A DNA stretch of 62,745 nt from Octopus bimaculoides. Its lineage: Eukaryota. The stretch lies in the NCBI RefSeq assembly GCF_001194135.2, contig NC_068983.1:64942245-65004989 (forward strand). Direction: 5' to 3'. The translations under genes and the position numbers were made by a program. Below the pieces are notes generated by a model. The model was not told the DNA's origin and made no database searches. It saw nothing but the letters and a program-made list of their open reading frames with translations. Shown in pieces: positions 11,681 to 25,376 of the stretch (positions within the stretch are counted from its first letter, which is position 1; each line of letters opens with the position of its first letter).

Positions 11681-11811
11681 TGTGTGTGTATGTATATGTA
11701 CGTGTGTGCAATTATGTAAACGGGTATTTGTGCTTATATTTGTTTGCTGATATGTATATACACATAATTAAATTTGTATGTTTACACACACATACACACA
11801 AAAACACACGC

Positions 11812-11844
<33 letters not shown>

Positions 11845-13056
11845 CATATATACGTATACTTGTGCGCATCTGCATAACTGTTTGTATGTATGCACGTATC
11901 TTTCTGTATGTATGTGTGTTTGTATTATGCTTGTTTACGTATTATGCTTGCTACCCTTTGCAGAAGGCTAGACAATTGTAGGAAGCGGTTTCATCGATCT
12001 ATAGATGCGTGAACCTGTGTCCGCTGTTTAAACACAAAATTCTTTGTTTATATATTTATGGATATATGTATTTTTCTGTGTGTATTCAGTAAATACTTCC
12101 AGAAAAATACCACGTTTTGTCATTCCACGAGATTATGATTTTTGTTATTCACCTTGTATAAACTAGCAGCTTGAACTCATCACGTCATGTGGGTAGTGCA
12201 AATCATTTTATAATCCCTTAACTATCAATAGATATGTATCACTACTTTTGTCTGATGCCGATATTTTCATATGAAATATATTGCATTTTTGTATTACTCC
12301 TTCACATGTAAACTTATACAATTTTAATTATTAAAAAAGATTACCCTCGATAAATTAGATTCTTACTTTTCATTTTTCTTTGGATATACTCTGAAATATA
12401 AATATTGGTGTTCATTTGATACTGAAATATATTAGATTGGTATTGGCTGATCTATTTGCTAAATCGGTTTCTGCGAATGTGTATGTGATCTTCACAAAAA
12501 TGTAGTATTACTGACGACGTACTGACGAGTAAATAAGGAAAATATGCTCCTAGTTGTTGCCTTTTCTACAAGATATTAGATTTTTTTCTTTATATGAAAA
12601 TATATTTACAAGCAAAAAAATTATAGTCTCTTAAAATTTTGTCATCTTTACTTCAGGAATTATTAGGAATAGCCTGTTTTAATATTTTTGTAACTATGAA
12701 AGGAATTTCGGTTTATTAAGAATTTCAATAATTTATCTAATATATATATTGGTTAACTTATTGATACTCTCATCTGTTCAAAATCAAACGTTCGGAAATC
12801 GCATGTTTTAAGTACTGTTGAAATCGGGTTAGCATTTACTGTGAATGGCATACATCAGATCGATTGTCTGGCAGGGTCGTTTAGCTCTAACAACAAAAGT
12901 AGGCAATGTGATAATATCACACACTTGTATATATGCATATATATATATATATATATATGTGTGTGTATATATATGTATGTGTATATGTATATGTATGCGT
13001 ATATATATATATATATGTATATATACGTATATGCATGCGTATATATATATATATAT

Positions 13057-13660
13057 ATCAGGCTGAGCAAAAAGTAAGCAACTTTTGGAAACATGAAATT
13101 TAGTACAGTATGTTTCAACAATGCGTAAATTTTATTCATCAAAGTAAGTACCATTACAATCAACACATTTTTACCAACGAGTTACAAGATTTATTATTCA
13201 GGTAACATAAAAATTTGGAGTTCTGGAGAGCTTTCAGCATCGGTTTCATTTTTGAACTCCTTCTCTCGCAGAAATCCATCAAGGTGATTGAAAAAGTGAG
13301 AGCTGGTAGGAGAAAGGTCTGAGGAATTAGCTAGGAGAAAAACTTCTGAGCCAAGTTCCCTCAACGTCTGGAGCGTCATTAGGGAAACGTGTGGTCGAAC
13401 ATTGTCATGAAGAATTTTGGCCCTCTTCTATTGACCAGTCTGGGACGGAGGAGTAGGAGATTTTCGTTCATTTTCCCAATTTCAAAGCAATATGTTTCTC
13501 AGTTTTGGTTTTTCCGTGTTTTAAGAAGTTATAGTGAATGAGTCCAGCAGTACCCCACCAAACAGTCACTATAACCTTATTCTTGGAGAGCTCGGGTTTA
13601 GGGAAGGTTTTCGGTGCTTTTTTTTTTGGTCCATCCATTGCGGAGAACGTTTTTTTTTTA
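13057..13660 (-). mobile_element. mariner transposon 3' half (Hsmar1/cecropia-like) with one TIR
   Basis: PKPELSKNKVIVTVWWGTAGLIHYNFLK, LVNRRGP, SSDLSPTSSHFFNHLDGFLREKEFKNE; TIR-like ATCAGGCTGAGCAAAAAGTAAG next to (TA)n. Confidence 0.85.
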
Positions 13661-13666
13661 ATCATT

Positions 13667-13810
13667 CTGTCTATCAAATCCACTGAGGAGGCTTTGGTCG
13701 ACATGAGGCTATAGCAGATGACACTTGCTCAAGGATGCAAGCAGGAAAGCTAAATCCGGAACCATATAGTCGGGAAGCGAGCATATATACCACGCAGCAC
13801 AGCTACGCCG
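13667..13810 (-). mobile_element. SINE family B, 5' half
   Basis: CAAATCCACT...GCTTTGGTCGAC...GGCTATAGCAGA.GACACTTGCTCAAGG...CCGGAACCAT. Confidence 0.8.
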
Positions 13811-13818
13811 TGTATGTA

Positions 13819-13875
<57 letters not shown>

Positions 13876-14496
13876 CTGTGTGTGTGTCTGTGTGTGTGTG
13901 TATATTGTTGTAATTTGGGATGGTAATTTAATTTTTGGGGGCCAAATAAACACACGCACTACATATTTTTTCTTCACTCGTTTATTACTGTTCTTATTTA
14001 ATTCTTTTTTAATAAAGGTGTGAAGAAAAAAATATATAGTGTGTGCGCTTTTTTTTTTCGGAGGGGGGGAATATAAAGGGAAAGAAATGACTATCCCGAA
14101 ATACAACAAAATCTGTTTCAACACACGATTTCACATCAGGAATCTCGCAAAACGAATCTTGATATAAAAATGTATCTTGGTATTTTTTAGCCTTTATATA
14201 CGTGTAGTTATTTGAGGATCTATTTCATTGAATATTACATAATTATTTCATAAAAAATTCTCACCAATATATCCTATATGAGCTGTATATAAAAGACACA
14301 GATATTTACTATATACAACTTGCTTTTATCTGCATAGATACTTGAGAACGCATATATGTAGGCATACGTTTGAAAATATATATAATTATGCTTCTGCCAG
14401 TCAAGTAAGGCAATCTGGTATCTGAATTGAGAATTGTAAAATCCATGAACAAATACCACATGTCATCTGCGCTGACTTTCTTCCGTTCTGTCAATC

Positions 14497-14514
14497 CCCC
14501 GCCCTTGATTGGCT
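14497..14514. promoter_or_regulatory. Adjacent GC box (CCCCGCCC) and reverse CCAAT box (TGATTGGCT)
   Basis: Motif match only; ~640 bp upstream of the Tc1-like transposase ATG, so possibly that element's promoter. Confidence 0.3.
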
Positions 14515-15148
14515 ATTCTCTATGGCCCCGACACGATGAAAGTCCAATCTGAATTCGACCAGAGAGCCAAAACAAATATTGCATGGACTCTGAGCAAGGT
14601 TCTAACTAAGCTGAAAATTAACCGCCTGTTACGAGCACTGATTTGAAGTTTGCTACAGGTATTTGGCAGTGATATAATACAAAACCTTTAGATATTCATT
14701 CAGTGAACGCAAAATGGTTGGATGTCATATGCAACCATCCATAGTGACGTGAAGTGATTTCAAAGAAAAATCAACTCAAACCAAAATTTTCCTCGTTCAA
14801 AGAAGAATTCAGCGCGTGTACATGTAAATACATCTTATATCGATATTTGCAATAGCGCGCATTATATACCTAGACAAATGCCATTATATAGGCGGAAGAC
14901 AGGAATAAACACAAAGCATATAACTTTATATCGTCTATGAAACCAAGTATCTAGTTCGGTATTATCTTTAAAAATTCCTCCGGAGAAATAATTAGTGGAA
15001 CTCTCATTCAATATCGCATGGTTTTGCATAGTGAGTATGGATAACCGTGGTCCGAAAGCCTTGTCACCACCTGTAAATATCGTCTTAATTTTCTATTTCA
15101 GATTGCGGACACTCATGTCAACCCTGTAAATATTGTTTTAATTTTCAG

Positions 15149-15983
15149 ATGACTAACACTAGCTCCTACAGTTTGGAAGAGATGTTGATTGCAAGTGTAT
15201 GGGCGCATGATCGTGTGAATTCTAGCAATAGCATGGAGGATGTGTGTCAGGGACAAAATACGTGTGGCAGGTGGAAGGTTTCTTGATTTGTTTCCGACAA
15301 TCAAGTTGAATGTGCAATTTACCATGGTGGCCGGGCTAGGAATATTTATTTCTGGAGGTAAGAAAATCCGCACTATTACGAAGAACTGGAGCACAACCAC
15401 GTGCATGTAATAATCTGGGACGCTACAGCAAGCAAGCACTTGATAGTACCCTGTTCTTCGAGGGCTCTGTTAACCAGCACCCTTGGCTTGCCTTATTAAG
15501 GAAGTCGTTTGTTCCACAGCTCCAGAAGCCGAATGTGCATTTGAATGACTGTTGGTTTCAACAAGATGGTGCTCCACCCCAGTATGCCATGAATGTCAGG
15601 GAATACTTGAATGAAGTTTTTCGAGATAGAAAGATGGGTCGAGGATCACAACAACTTCAAGCACCTATCGATTGGTCTCCCAGAAGTCCAGGCCTCACGT
15701 CCTGTGACAACGCTCTGTGTGGTATTATCAGAGAAAGAGTTTCACAAGTGCGAGCACAGAATACCCAACAGTAGAAGGACACTGTTTCAGGAGCCTTTAC
15801 AACAATCACCAAAGAAGTGCTTCATCATTTTGTGCCACGAAAATGATGGTGTTCAAACAGACCATTTCGATGTGTGGTAGTGTCAGTGTCATTGAAAATG
15901 AATATAGTAAAACCAGTACATGTGTTTGATATTACATTGTTCCTCTATTGTTCTTATTACTTTTCAGCATTAGAACCACCCTG
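15149..15983 (+). mobile_element. Tc1/mariner-superfamily transposase remnant (WFQQDGAPP / WPPRSPDL type), internally deleted, with right TIR
   Basis: MTNTSSYSLEEMLIASVW, RNIYFWR*ENPHYYEELEHN, CWFQQDGAPPQYAMNVREYLNEVF, DWSPRSPGLTSCDNALCGIIRERV; ends AGAACCACCCTG followed by TA (rc TACAGGGTGG). Confidence 0.85.
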
Positions 15984-16666
15984 TATATACTTAGATATGT
16001 TTAGGACAGAATTGGCACTAGCCGGGACTAACTTAGTAGCACCACCTGGAAAAGGCATTTAATGATATTTAATATTATAATTGTTCTTTGGGCACTATTG
16101 TCCGCGTGAAAGGGGTTATCTGGAATTTGTTGAAGAGAACCATTAAAGAACCGTTTGAATGTTATGTGAGTTCTTTTATTCTCTTACGTTAAAGTAAGCA
16201 TGACAGTTGAGGTGAATTAGTTTGTATTCGTTCTGTGATGTGACGTGAGAATGATTTTAGTAGAGTACGGATGGCACAGGGACCAGAATTTGGGTGAATT
16301 TTAAAGTTGAGACCAGTACATTTGGGCAATAATGTTGGAATGTCTTCCACATCATACAAACGATGTAGCGCTCATTGAAGACAATACAGTTTGTGTTTCT
16401 GGAGCCGATCCCAACAATCAAGATGTTCTCTTTCTTTCTTTCTTTCTTTCTTTCATTCTCCCCCCTCTCCCTCTCTCTTTCTCTCATTGCATATGTATAT
16501 ACATATATATATAAAATATATAAACGCTCGTTTATATATATAGTGACGTCAACGGGCAACAGCAAAAGTAACAAGATTTAATATGTATTATATAAATTTG
16601 CAGGGAATAAACACACACACGCACACACACACAAATACATATATACGTGTGAGGGTGAGTGTGTGT

Positions 16667-16697
<31 letters not shown>

Positions 16698-16952
16698 CGT
16701 GTGTGTGTGTGTGTGTGTGTTCGTATACATATATATATAGGTGTCTGTCTGTGTACTCTTTCAAAGAAATACAGTGAATGTACTCCCATTTCATTTATTA
16801 TTTTACCTAACACAATTAACTATGTATTTGATTTGTGTAGAAAACTGTACGTCATTTATGTTGTGTTATTTTCAATAGCATCTCACAATATACATTCAAA
16901 TATACACTCACATCTACGTAAACACTGCACACAGACACATATTCATTTATAT

Positions 16953-17032
<80 letters not shown>

Positions 17033-17089
17033 ATATGGGTATGGCAGTGTATGAACAGCATTAAATATATGCATAGCTATTGTATCATT

Positions 17090-17300
17090 TATAGTTAATA
17101 TAGCATCAAAGACATCCTCTCTAGTTGAACAGCGGTTTCCCTTTCGACAAAAATAGCGTGTCTCTGAAACTGAAAGCCATATCTTTCCTTCCTTCACCAA
17201 CAAACTCAGCCGACATATTACTGTGCTGCTCTTGCTACATTTGTCCATTTGCATGCCACCCACTCTGCATCGCTCTTTGTGTTTGTGCGCAACCATTGAT
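17090..17300 (-). mobile_element. Possible Ginger/KRBA2-like integrase remnant
   Basis: Peptide EGKIWLSVSETRYFCRKGNRCSTREDVFDAI loosely recalls the 'ED.FDII...H' segment of such integrases; weak. Confidence 0.25.
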
Positions 17301-17407
17301 TCTTTACACTTTAGGTTCTCTACATCACCGTTAATCCGTTCTTCTCTGGCTCCTTAATTGCCTATTGTTTTTATTTATTGATCACACAAACACAAAGACA
17401 CATGCAC

Positions 17408-17530
<123 letters not shown>

Positions 17531-18489
17531 AATTTGTGTATTACTCTATGTACATAAATGTAAGTACATTTGTTTGTTTATAACTTAATGTAATTTCTAG
17601 CGCTACAGTCAGGATCTTCAATCAATTTGCATAGAGAACACATTATGCATTACTTCAATTTACTCCTTCTATTTTATGCATTTTTTTTTTTTTGCTATTG
17701 CTCTTTTTGCATTTGTATCTCATTTCTTTAATCTTCTAAAGGGAAGGAAATATTAATGTATACGTAAATTGAAATAGACTCGATTCCTGAAAATTACACG
17801 TGTAGTTAACGAATAGAGATCCCTTACAGGAATATTCCCTTTTTTTAATCCCCTGTGAAAATGTATAAAATGTTTATGTATATGTAAATTGAAGAAAAAA
17901 TAAAAAAAGCATTCGAACAATGAAGATTATTCCTGTTATAGGAATATAAGAAAATACAAATGCCTTCTAGGAATATTTATATTAGTATTTTCGCTTTGAA
18001 TTCTCTAATGTGAAGGAGATATCCAAGCAGGAGTTAACTGAAAATAACACCTGAGCACCTTGGATTTTCAATGCCATTAATAAATACAAGCTGCATCTAG
18101 GAGTATTTAGAAGCGTAAATCCTCATCCGGCCCTAATAATTTCATTTTTACGAAACTTACGGACAATATCAACTAGATCGTTCGCTAACATGTATGGTCC
18201 GCATGCGTGACACAGAGTTTTGCAGTAAATTAAAAGAAATGTGATTATTTACCGCATCGATCTATGTTTATTCTTTTCAGACAAATATATTGGTTGCGCC
18301 CAACTCACGGAGTATTTAGCATCTTAATCAGTGTACCGTTCATCAAACATGGTCAAAAATCAATGATATACATAAGTTGCAATGAATTTGGTGAACAGAA
18401 CTAGATATTTCCAGTACTACAATAATGCACAATTATATCGATGAATTATAAAAGATGCTTTTTCACTAACATTTAGTAAATGTAGTTCT

Positions 18490-20935
18490 GACCACGAGGA
18501 AGTGACGCCATCTGACTATCATTTTGTGCTTAGATCTTGAATCACAACACACTCCTTTTGGTAGATCAGCAGTAGTGCCCAAATCATTATTCATCATCTC
18601 TTCAATTCCAACTTAACCCCCACTCTCCTGCTGCATAACCATTAAAAGGTTCTTTCTGCTACCTCTTCCATCCTTCTCCCTCTTACCTTTCACATTGTTC
18701 TCTTATTCCGCTTGTTGTAAGCATTCTCCTTACAAACTGAACAGGAGATCCCCTATAGTCAACATCGGTGCAGAAAATCCATGATTACCATCCCTTCTCC
18801 TAGCAATGCTGTAAAAGTTACTGATAGTCGGCAGGCTTCCATTCAAAAGCTTCGAGTCACTTTTGTTCCCATTGTATTTCAAGCTGGATCAAGTTTATTT
18901 ATTTGTTTATTCATCTATTTATTTATTTTTGCTTTTTAGACAGATAAAAAAATCTACACCGTAACTCAGGGTTGTCTGGGGACCTGGAAAAATCGCAATC
19001 TTTTTTCCGGGTCTACTTTCATATCCCATTATTGCCCCCACATCTACTTGTTCATTGTGCGAAATGTATTTCTCCCTCCATCAGGAACATGATACCGGTT
19101 TTGATTTTCCCCTGCTATTGATGTTCCTTCAGCCATTCCTGTTCCTGAGTGAGTCCTGTAAGCATTTTATCGTGGTGTTATTTGTATCTTCCTTGGGTAA
19201 GTGTTGTTTGCACCATGAAAAGATGTATGCCAGGGTACTGATTCCACCAGGGCTGGCTTACTTTTTTTTACCCAATCCGAGCAAGTTTGTTTGCATTGGG
19301 AATATATAGCACACAGCTAACACCATGCAGGATAAACGAAAGGGTTCTAGTCGTTACAGGTCTGTCCATGTGATGTTACTTTTGGCCGCCTTGGCCGGCG
19401 GGGAGTCACATTTAATTTAGGCTTGCTCGGATACAAACACCACAGCTCTTGACCGTTGTTATTCATCCTTCTAGTTCCATACTTCTGTCTGTGTCATGGT
19501 CCTCCTTCCCGTGGTATATGCCTGCTTCCATTGTTCGATATAAGAACAACTGAACCATGTCGCCTTCCAGATATGATTAGAATGATGTATTCCGTATCGT
19601 TTCAGCCTATACGACTGTGGTGTTGGCTGACAACTTGTATCCTGAACTTTACTTTATAGGAGCATCCCGTGAAGTGGAGTCATTATACGGGTCGTTAATC
19701 ATCATCACAAATGTGTATCAAAAAACTATAAAAGTTTCATTTTGCGGGTCTTTATTCATTATCACAAATTTAAGCTTTTCATCCTTGAATTCCTCTGACA
19801 TGGATAACAAAGGAAGTTGGAGCTGTCCAGATTTTATGTACACGCTTACTGAAGTGCAACTTGGAGAGATAACCAACTAACGTCTTAGATACTTGTTTAT
19901 GTTTCTCTCCACTCCTATTCATAATCTGTAAACACATACACTGTGAACAACCACATAAGTCTTTGAAGTAGTCTGTGCAAGGAAGCCAAGAATCGGATTT
20001 TCCTGGAATCCCTGATTTTTCAATCCTGCTTAGCTCCTCCTTTGTCTGCTTCTTAGTATTGGTGACATTGCTTCTGCAAGTAAGAGAACTTTTAAACTAC
20101 TTCTCAAAATATTGGGCTTACGATAAAGATTGGGTTTACCCTTATTGATGGAATGGTCTATCTTGTATTTTCAGCTTCATCCTCCTATATTTATCCTAAT
20201 CAGCATGCTACTAGATTACTCAGGCTTGATATTCATTCTAGCCCATGTTTAAGTGAAGTGAGTATCCTTTTTTCTGCCTCCACATGTGTTGTGACTCTCA
20301 CTGGAAGATCATCTTTGTAACCTATTATTGAATATTATTACGCCCATGGTTCCATTGTTGGTCTCTGGAATTTTTATCAGCAGCTATTGTAAGGAGGTTC
20401 ATTCCTACGATGAAGAGAATGATGGAAAACTGTGCTGCCAGTTACGAGTCCCATTCCCGGTTCTAGCCAAAGGTTATAAATTGGGCTCTTTTGAAGCATA
20501 ACTGGCTGCCTCCGCTTTTGATGTGCAGAGGGACATGAACGTAGTCAAAGGCTTTACATATCGAGGCATGAGATATTGGTCCGACCGCTAAAAGCTTCTC
20601 TTTGCTTTCTTTCTTTTTTCATTGTGGTAATGGTGGATTCACGGATTATTTGATTGACAACTCCGATATCTGTGTTCCAATGTCCGGAGAAAACTCACTC
20701 TCACGTTTCTAGATATAGGTCGCTATGTCTCCATTTTCGGTTCATGTAGGAGATCATACTTTTGGCCAACACTGAAAAGAATATTTCACCTTCAACTCCC
20801 AGGAGTGAAGTTGTTCTTAATATGTTCATGACTTACTTTTCTTTCATTGGTACAAAACACATTTCCGTCTTCTTCCAGCACAAGGAAATTATTCCTTTTT
20901 TATAAATCTTCTGGAACAGCGTCTAAAATCTCCGA
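18490..20935 (-). mobile_element. HERO-clade RLE non-LTR retrotransposon, 5'-truncated, heavily mutated
   Basis: In order: SLLGVEGEIFFSVLAK, IILFIVGMNLL, IEKSGIPGK, SGQLQLPL, ITWTDL*RLEPFRLS, TQGRY, WDMKVD, LIQLEIQWE, EKGW. These are recalled HERO RT, zinc-knuckle and RLE signatures. Confidence 0.8.
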
Positions 20936-22075
20936 GGGAGATTATAATATATGTGCTATAATGTGTAATAATATTACATAATAGAATACTATATCATATA
21001 ATACAATAATAGATGATAGTATGCAATATTATGTAATACAATAAGTTCTCCCATTGGGACATAGTGAGCAGCTTACATGCAATCACACGAAAGAATCAGA
21101 GCAGCTCCAACACAAAAAGCAGAGAAAATAACTGAAGTAAAAAGAATGGAACGAATATTTTGAACATAAGGACAATGGACATTAGCAATTTCAATTGAAT
21201 ATCGCACGAATTGTTTTCTCTATTCACTATATTTCATTAAGTTGGAAACTAATACAGCTGCATTTTGTAGGTAAAAATGCTCGGCGGCTGAGACATTCTT
21301 ATTCCGTCGTATCAACGAGATTTATATTTGGTATAACTTAATTTGCTCTTACTTTATATGAAGGGATCCCTCTTAGTACATGAACTGCTCAGACATACGC
21401 GTCCCTAAGGAGATTACAAAGTCTGAAACATGTTTCAACAGTTGACTGTAGACAGATGAGTTCACTCAACATTGCATTCGTTAAATTATTAAAACGAAAT
21501 ATTTCTAATCCTTATTATTTCAATTAACAGTTATCATTGTTAGTCATTAAACATCCTTAAAGTACATTTTCCTCATTGATTTAAAGAGATTATCATCCCC
21601 ATTGAAAGTGATTTCCCAAGTCATTTTATGTTTCATGAAACAGAGATTACATCATTTGTATTTCGTATTCCTCTTTAGACATATGCACAGACATACACAA
21701 CACATGTACACACGCACTCCCTGTACAACCCATAAATGTACGCACATTCACACATGTATAGATATATATGTGGGGTTTCATGTTTGTGTTTGTGTTCATA
21801 TTTATTATGCGTGATTTCTGTGTGTGCCCGCTGGTGTTTGTTTGAAAGTGTGTGTGTTTGTGAGTGCGTGTGCATGTGTGTGCATGCGTGCGTGTGTGTT
21901 TGTGTTGTCCGCTTCTTCATACGAACTGAATGTGTGTGTGAGACGCCTGTCATGTGGATATGTCGGTTTTATAAATATGTTTACTTTTGCTTCAGTTTTA
22001 TTCTTATTTCTTTAGGTTTCCATTTCTGTTCTCAGTCTTTCAGCATTTTTGCACTGATGTTAATGAAGCATTTCT

Positions 22076-22077
22076 TT

Positions 22078-22161
<84 letters not shown>
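22076..22161. repeat. (TTTC)n microsatellite
   Basis: Direct reading. Confidence 0.95.
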
Positions 22162-22874
22162 TATATTTATTTATTTACTTAGTCATTTATTTCTGTCTGT
22201 CTTTATTTATTTATTTCAAATGAAGCGTTGATCCTGATACAGCAAAAANNNNNNNNNNNNNNNNNNNNNNNNNNNNNNNNNNNNNNNNNNNNNNNNNNNN
22301 NNNNNNNNNNNNNNNNNNNNNNNNNNNNNNNNNNNNNNNNNNNNNNNNNNNNNNNNNNNNNNNNNNNNNNNNNNNNNNNNNNNNNNNNNNNNNNNNNNNN
22401 NNNNNNNNNNNNNNNNNNNNNNNNNNNNNNNNNNNNNNNNNNNNNNNNNNNNNNNNNNNNNNNNNNNNNNNNNNNNNNNNNNNNNNNNNNNNNNNNNNNN
22501 NNNNNNNNNNNNNNNNNNNNNNNNNNNNNNNNNNNNNNNNNNNNNNNNNNNNNNNNNNNNNNNNNNNNNNNNNNNNNNNNNNNNNNNNNNNNNNNNNNNN
22601 NNNNNNNNNNNNNNNTGCGACAATAAATGTGCTAGTGCGTGCATACAAACATCTGTTAATAGACGTAGATATCTAATAATATATTATAATTTAAAAAGAA
22701 GAAACATTCATGCCAAATTCATGTTTTGTGTGTGAGGGAGAGGCAGACAGAGAGACGGACAGAGACAGAGTGTGTGTCTAAAGATACACTCATACTTATA
22801 GAAATTGAGAGAACCTGACTGACAGGAAGTGATAGCGATAAATGAATAAATAAATAGCTCGCTATACAGGTAAA

Positions 22875-22952
22875 TGGATAGATAGATAGATAGATAGATA
22901 GATACATACATACATACATACATACATACATACATACATACATACATACATG
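22875..22952. repeat. Compound (GATA)n(CATA)n microsatellite
   Basis: Direct reading. Confidence 0.95.
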
Positions 22953-23438
22953 CATAGATAAAGGAATCGATAGATAGCTACAAACACTTTCATGTAAAGA
23001 AAACGAATCAAATAACATTTTATAACATGTCCGGAATCCTTATGTTCAGGTTATACGCTCGCGTGGAATATATAAGCTGAGACAGGACGATAGAATGAGA
23101 GAAAATACCAGAAAGGTCGAGAACAAAGTAGATGCCAAAGGTGCAAGGCTGCAAACGCAGTTATAATATTGACCGTATTGCTCGAATATTTCTATACTGG
23201 CGGATAGGGATGTGATCCTCTAAGATACGCAATGATGGATTTTAGGACAGTGATTGACGGTAAAGTGAACAGAGTTAAGGTTCTTACCGGGTTTATGGTA
23301 CGGGCAGATTGTGCTGTTTTGTCAATTTAGTGTAACATGTAGGAAATTAACTATTTTAATACTGTAGCTAAAAGGTACGCACAGGCACTGGATTTAAAAA
23401 GAAAAAAAACTACCTGATTCTTTTCCAATGTGCATTAT

Positions 23439-23497
<59 letters not shown>

Positions 23498-23519
23498 CAC
23501 AAAGGTAAGTGCGTACTGT

Positions 23520-23715
23520 ATAATTCAAAAGCAAAATCTTTATTCAACCACATACGTCCAATTTCGTCCTATTACCTGTCGTTATCTTTGAGGCAGCTTC
23601 GTGATCTCATCCTTCCATAACTTCGCATCTGTTTGTGTTAGAAACTGGACGAAGTAGTTCTTTTAGCCTTTTTAAGAGTTGAAGTTCTTAAGAGGATTTT
23701 CTAGGGATCGAAGTA
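23520..23715 (-). mobile_element. mariner transposase C-terminal remnant abutting a gap
   Basis: LRSLENPLKNFNS resembles mariner LFRSLQNSL.GK.FNS; decayed 3' end follows. Confidence 0.55.
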
Positions 23716-24351
23716 NNNNNNNNNNNNNNNNNNNNNNNNNNNNNNNNNNNNNNNNNNNNNNNNNNNNNNNNNNNNNNNNNNNNNNNNNNNNNNNNNNNNN
23801 NNNNNNNNNNNNNNNNNNNNNNNNNNNNNNNNNNNNNNNNNNNNNNNNNNNNNNNNNNNNNNNNNNNNNNNNNNNNNNNNNNNNNNNNNNNNNNNNNNNN
23901 NNNNNNNNNNNNNNNNNNNNNNNNNNNNNNNNNNNNNNNNNNNNNNNNNNNNNNNNNNNNNNNNNNNNNNNNNNNNNNNNNNNNNNNNNNNNNNNNNNNN
24001 NNNNNNNNNNNNNNNNNNNNNNNNNNNNNNNNNNNNNNNNNNNNNNNNNNNNNNNNNNNNNNNNNNNNNNNNNNNNNNNNNNNNNNNNNNNNNNNNNNNN
24101 NNNNNNNNNNNNNNNNNNNNNNNNNNNNNNNNNNNNNNNNNNNNNNNNNNNNNAGTTGTGCATCCAGGAGAGAGTGACGTTATGAATAAAATTTTCGGGA
24201 CTTAATACGTGATGCAATCTTAAATTACGCACTTACCGCCTCTACAAATCCTTTTTCCACGGTTATTTTCTAATTCCCTATAGTGTCTTGTATCCTACGT
24301 CATTTAACCTATATGTTCTCATGCTTGTTTTTAATTCTAATATATATATAT

Positions 24352-24397
<46 letters not shown>

Positions 24398-24619
24398 AGA
24401 GAGAGAGAGGAGGGGTTTATAAGCGGTAGTGGTTTCAGTAAGACTCAGAGGTTCCAGGTAATGCTGAGTAAATGCTATGGATAGACCGTAATTAAGGTCC
24501 AGGTTCGGTGATTATGCGAATAAGGGGTCGAACCTAGGTCATATATCATTTATAAGTGTTCTAAAATATACACAGCCTTGTTTTCTTTTTATCCCATTAC
24601 CAAAAGTGAATCCTTATAT

Positions 24620-24857
24620 ACATATTACCTCTGTCAGTCATTAGAGTATGGCCATATTGAATTTTTAGTTGTATTTTTATTGTATTCTATGACCCGTCGT
24701 AACGTTTCTATCTAGATTATAATTTGTATGGTACTCATTTGATTGCCTAATTTTGCCGAAACGCTAAGTCACGGAGATGCAAGCACACCAACACCGGTTG
24801 TCAGGCGGTGGTGGAACGGGCAAGCTTAGACACAAAGGCATACACACAAACACACGT

Positions 24858-24860
<3 letters not shown>
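24620..24860 (-). mobile_element. SINE family B, 3' half, degraded
   Basis: TTTTGCCGAAACGCTAAGTCACGGAGATGCAAGCACACCAACACCGGTTGTCAGGCGGTGGTGG is the reverse complement of the body at 26600-26700. Confidence 0.75.
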
Positions 24861-24896
<36 letters not shown>

Positions 24897-25184
24897 AATA
24901 ACTATATTCACATATAATACAATTATGTGTAATAATGTTGCATATCTTTACACAATCATAAGTTTTGTCACAAGTCAGTTTCACAATTATGTAATAATCA
25001 TCATAGAACCTCTAGCTATTAAAGTTTTGTTTAATGATTATCACCACTCAAAAGAAACGGTGTACATGAAAATTTCAACGTAACGAATAAATTAGTCATA
25101 AATGAGTATTCGTCATTTCGACTGTAGTATTCCTTTTTAGAGGAATTAGTGGCAGTCAATCACACTGTTCTATAATTCGTTTGA

Positions 25185-25376
25185 AATCTTTGCACAATAC
25201 CATCAGTTTAGAGGTGGGGTACGTTGATTGTATCAACTCAGTGCCCAGCAGTTACCTCGAAAGAATGAATGTCAAAGTTGACTTCGGCGCCATTTAAACT
25301 TAGAACGTAAATAGGGACGATAAGCCGGCAAGTATTTTTGCCTGAAGGGCTAAGGAATTTGCCAGTTTTCCACCTT
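25185..25376 (-). mobile_element. SINE family A, degraded
   Basis: GAAAGAATGAATGTCAAAGTTGACTTCGGCGCCATTTAAACTTAGAACGTAAA...TTTGCCAG is the reverse complement of family A. Confidence 0.75.
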
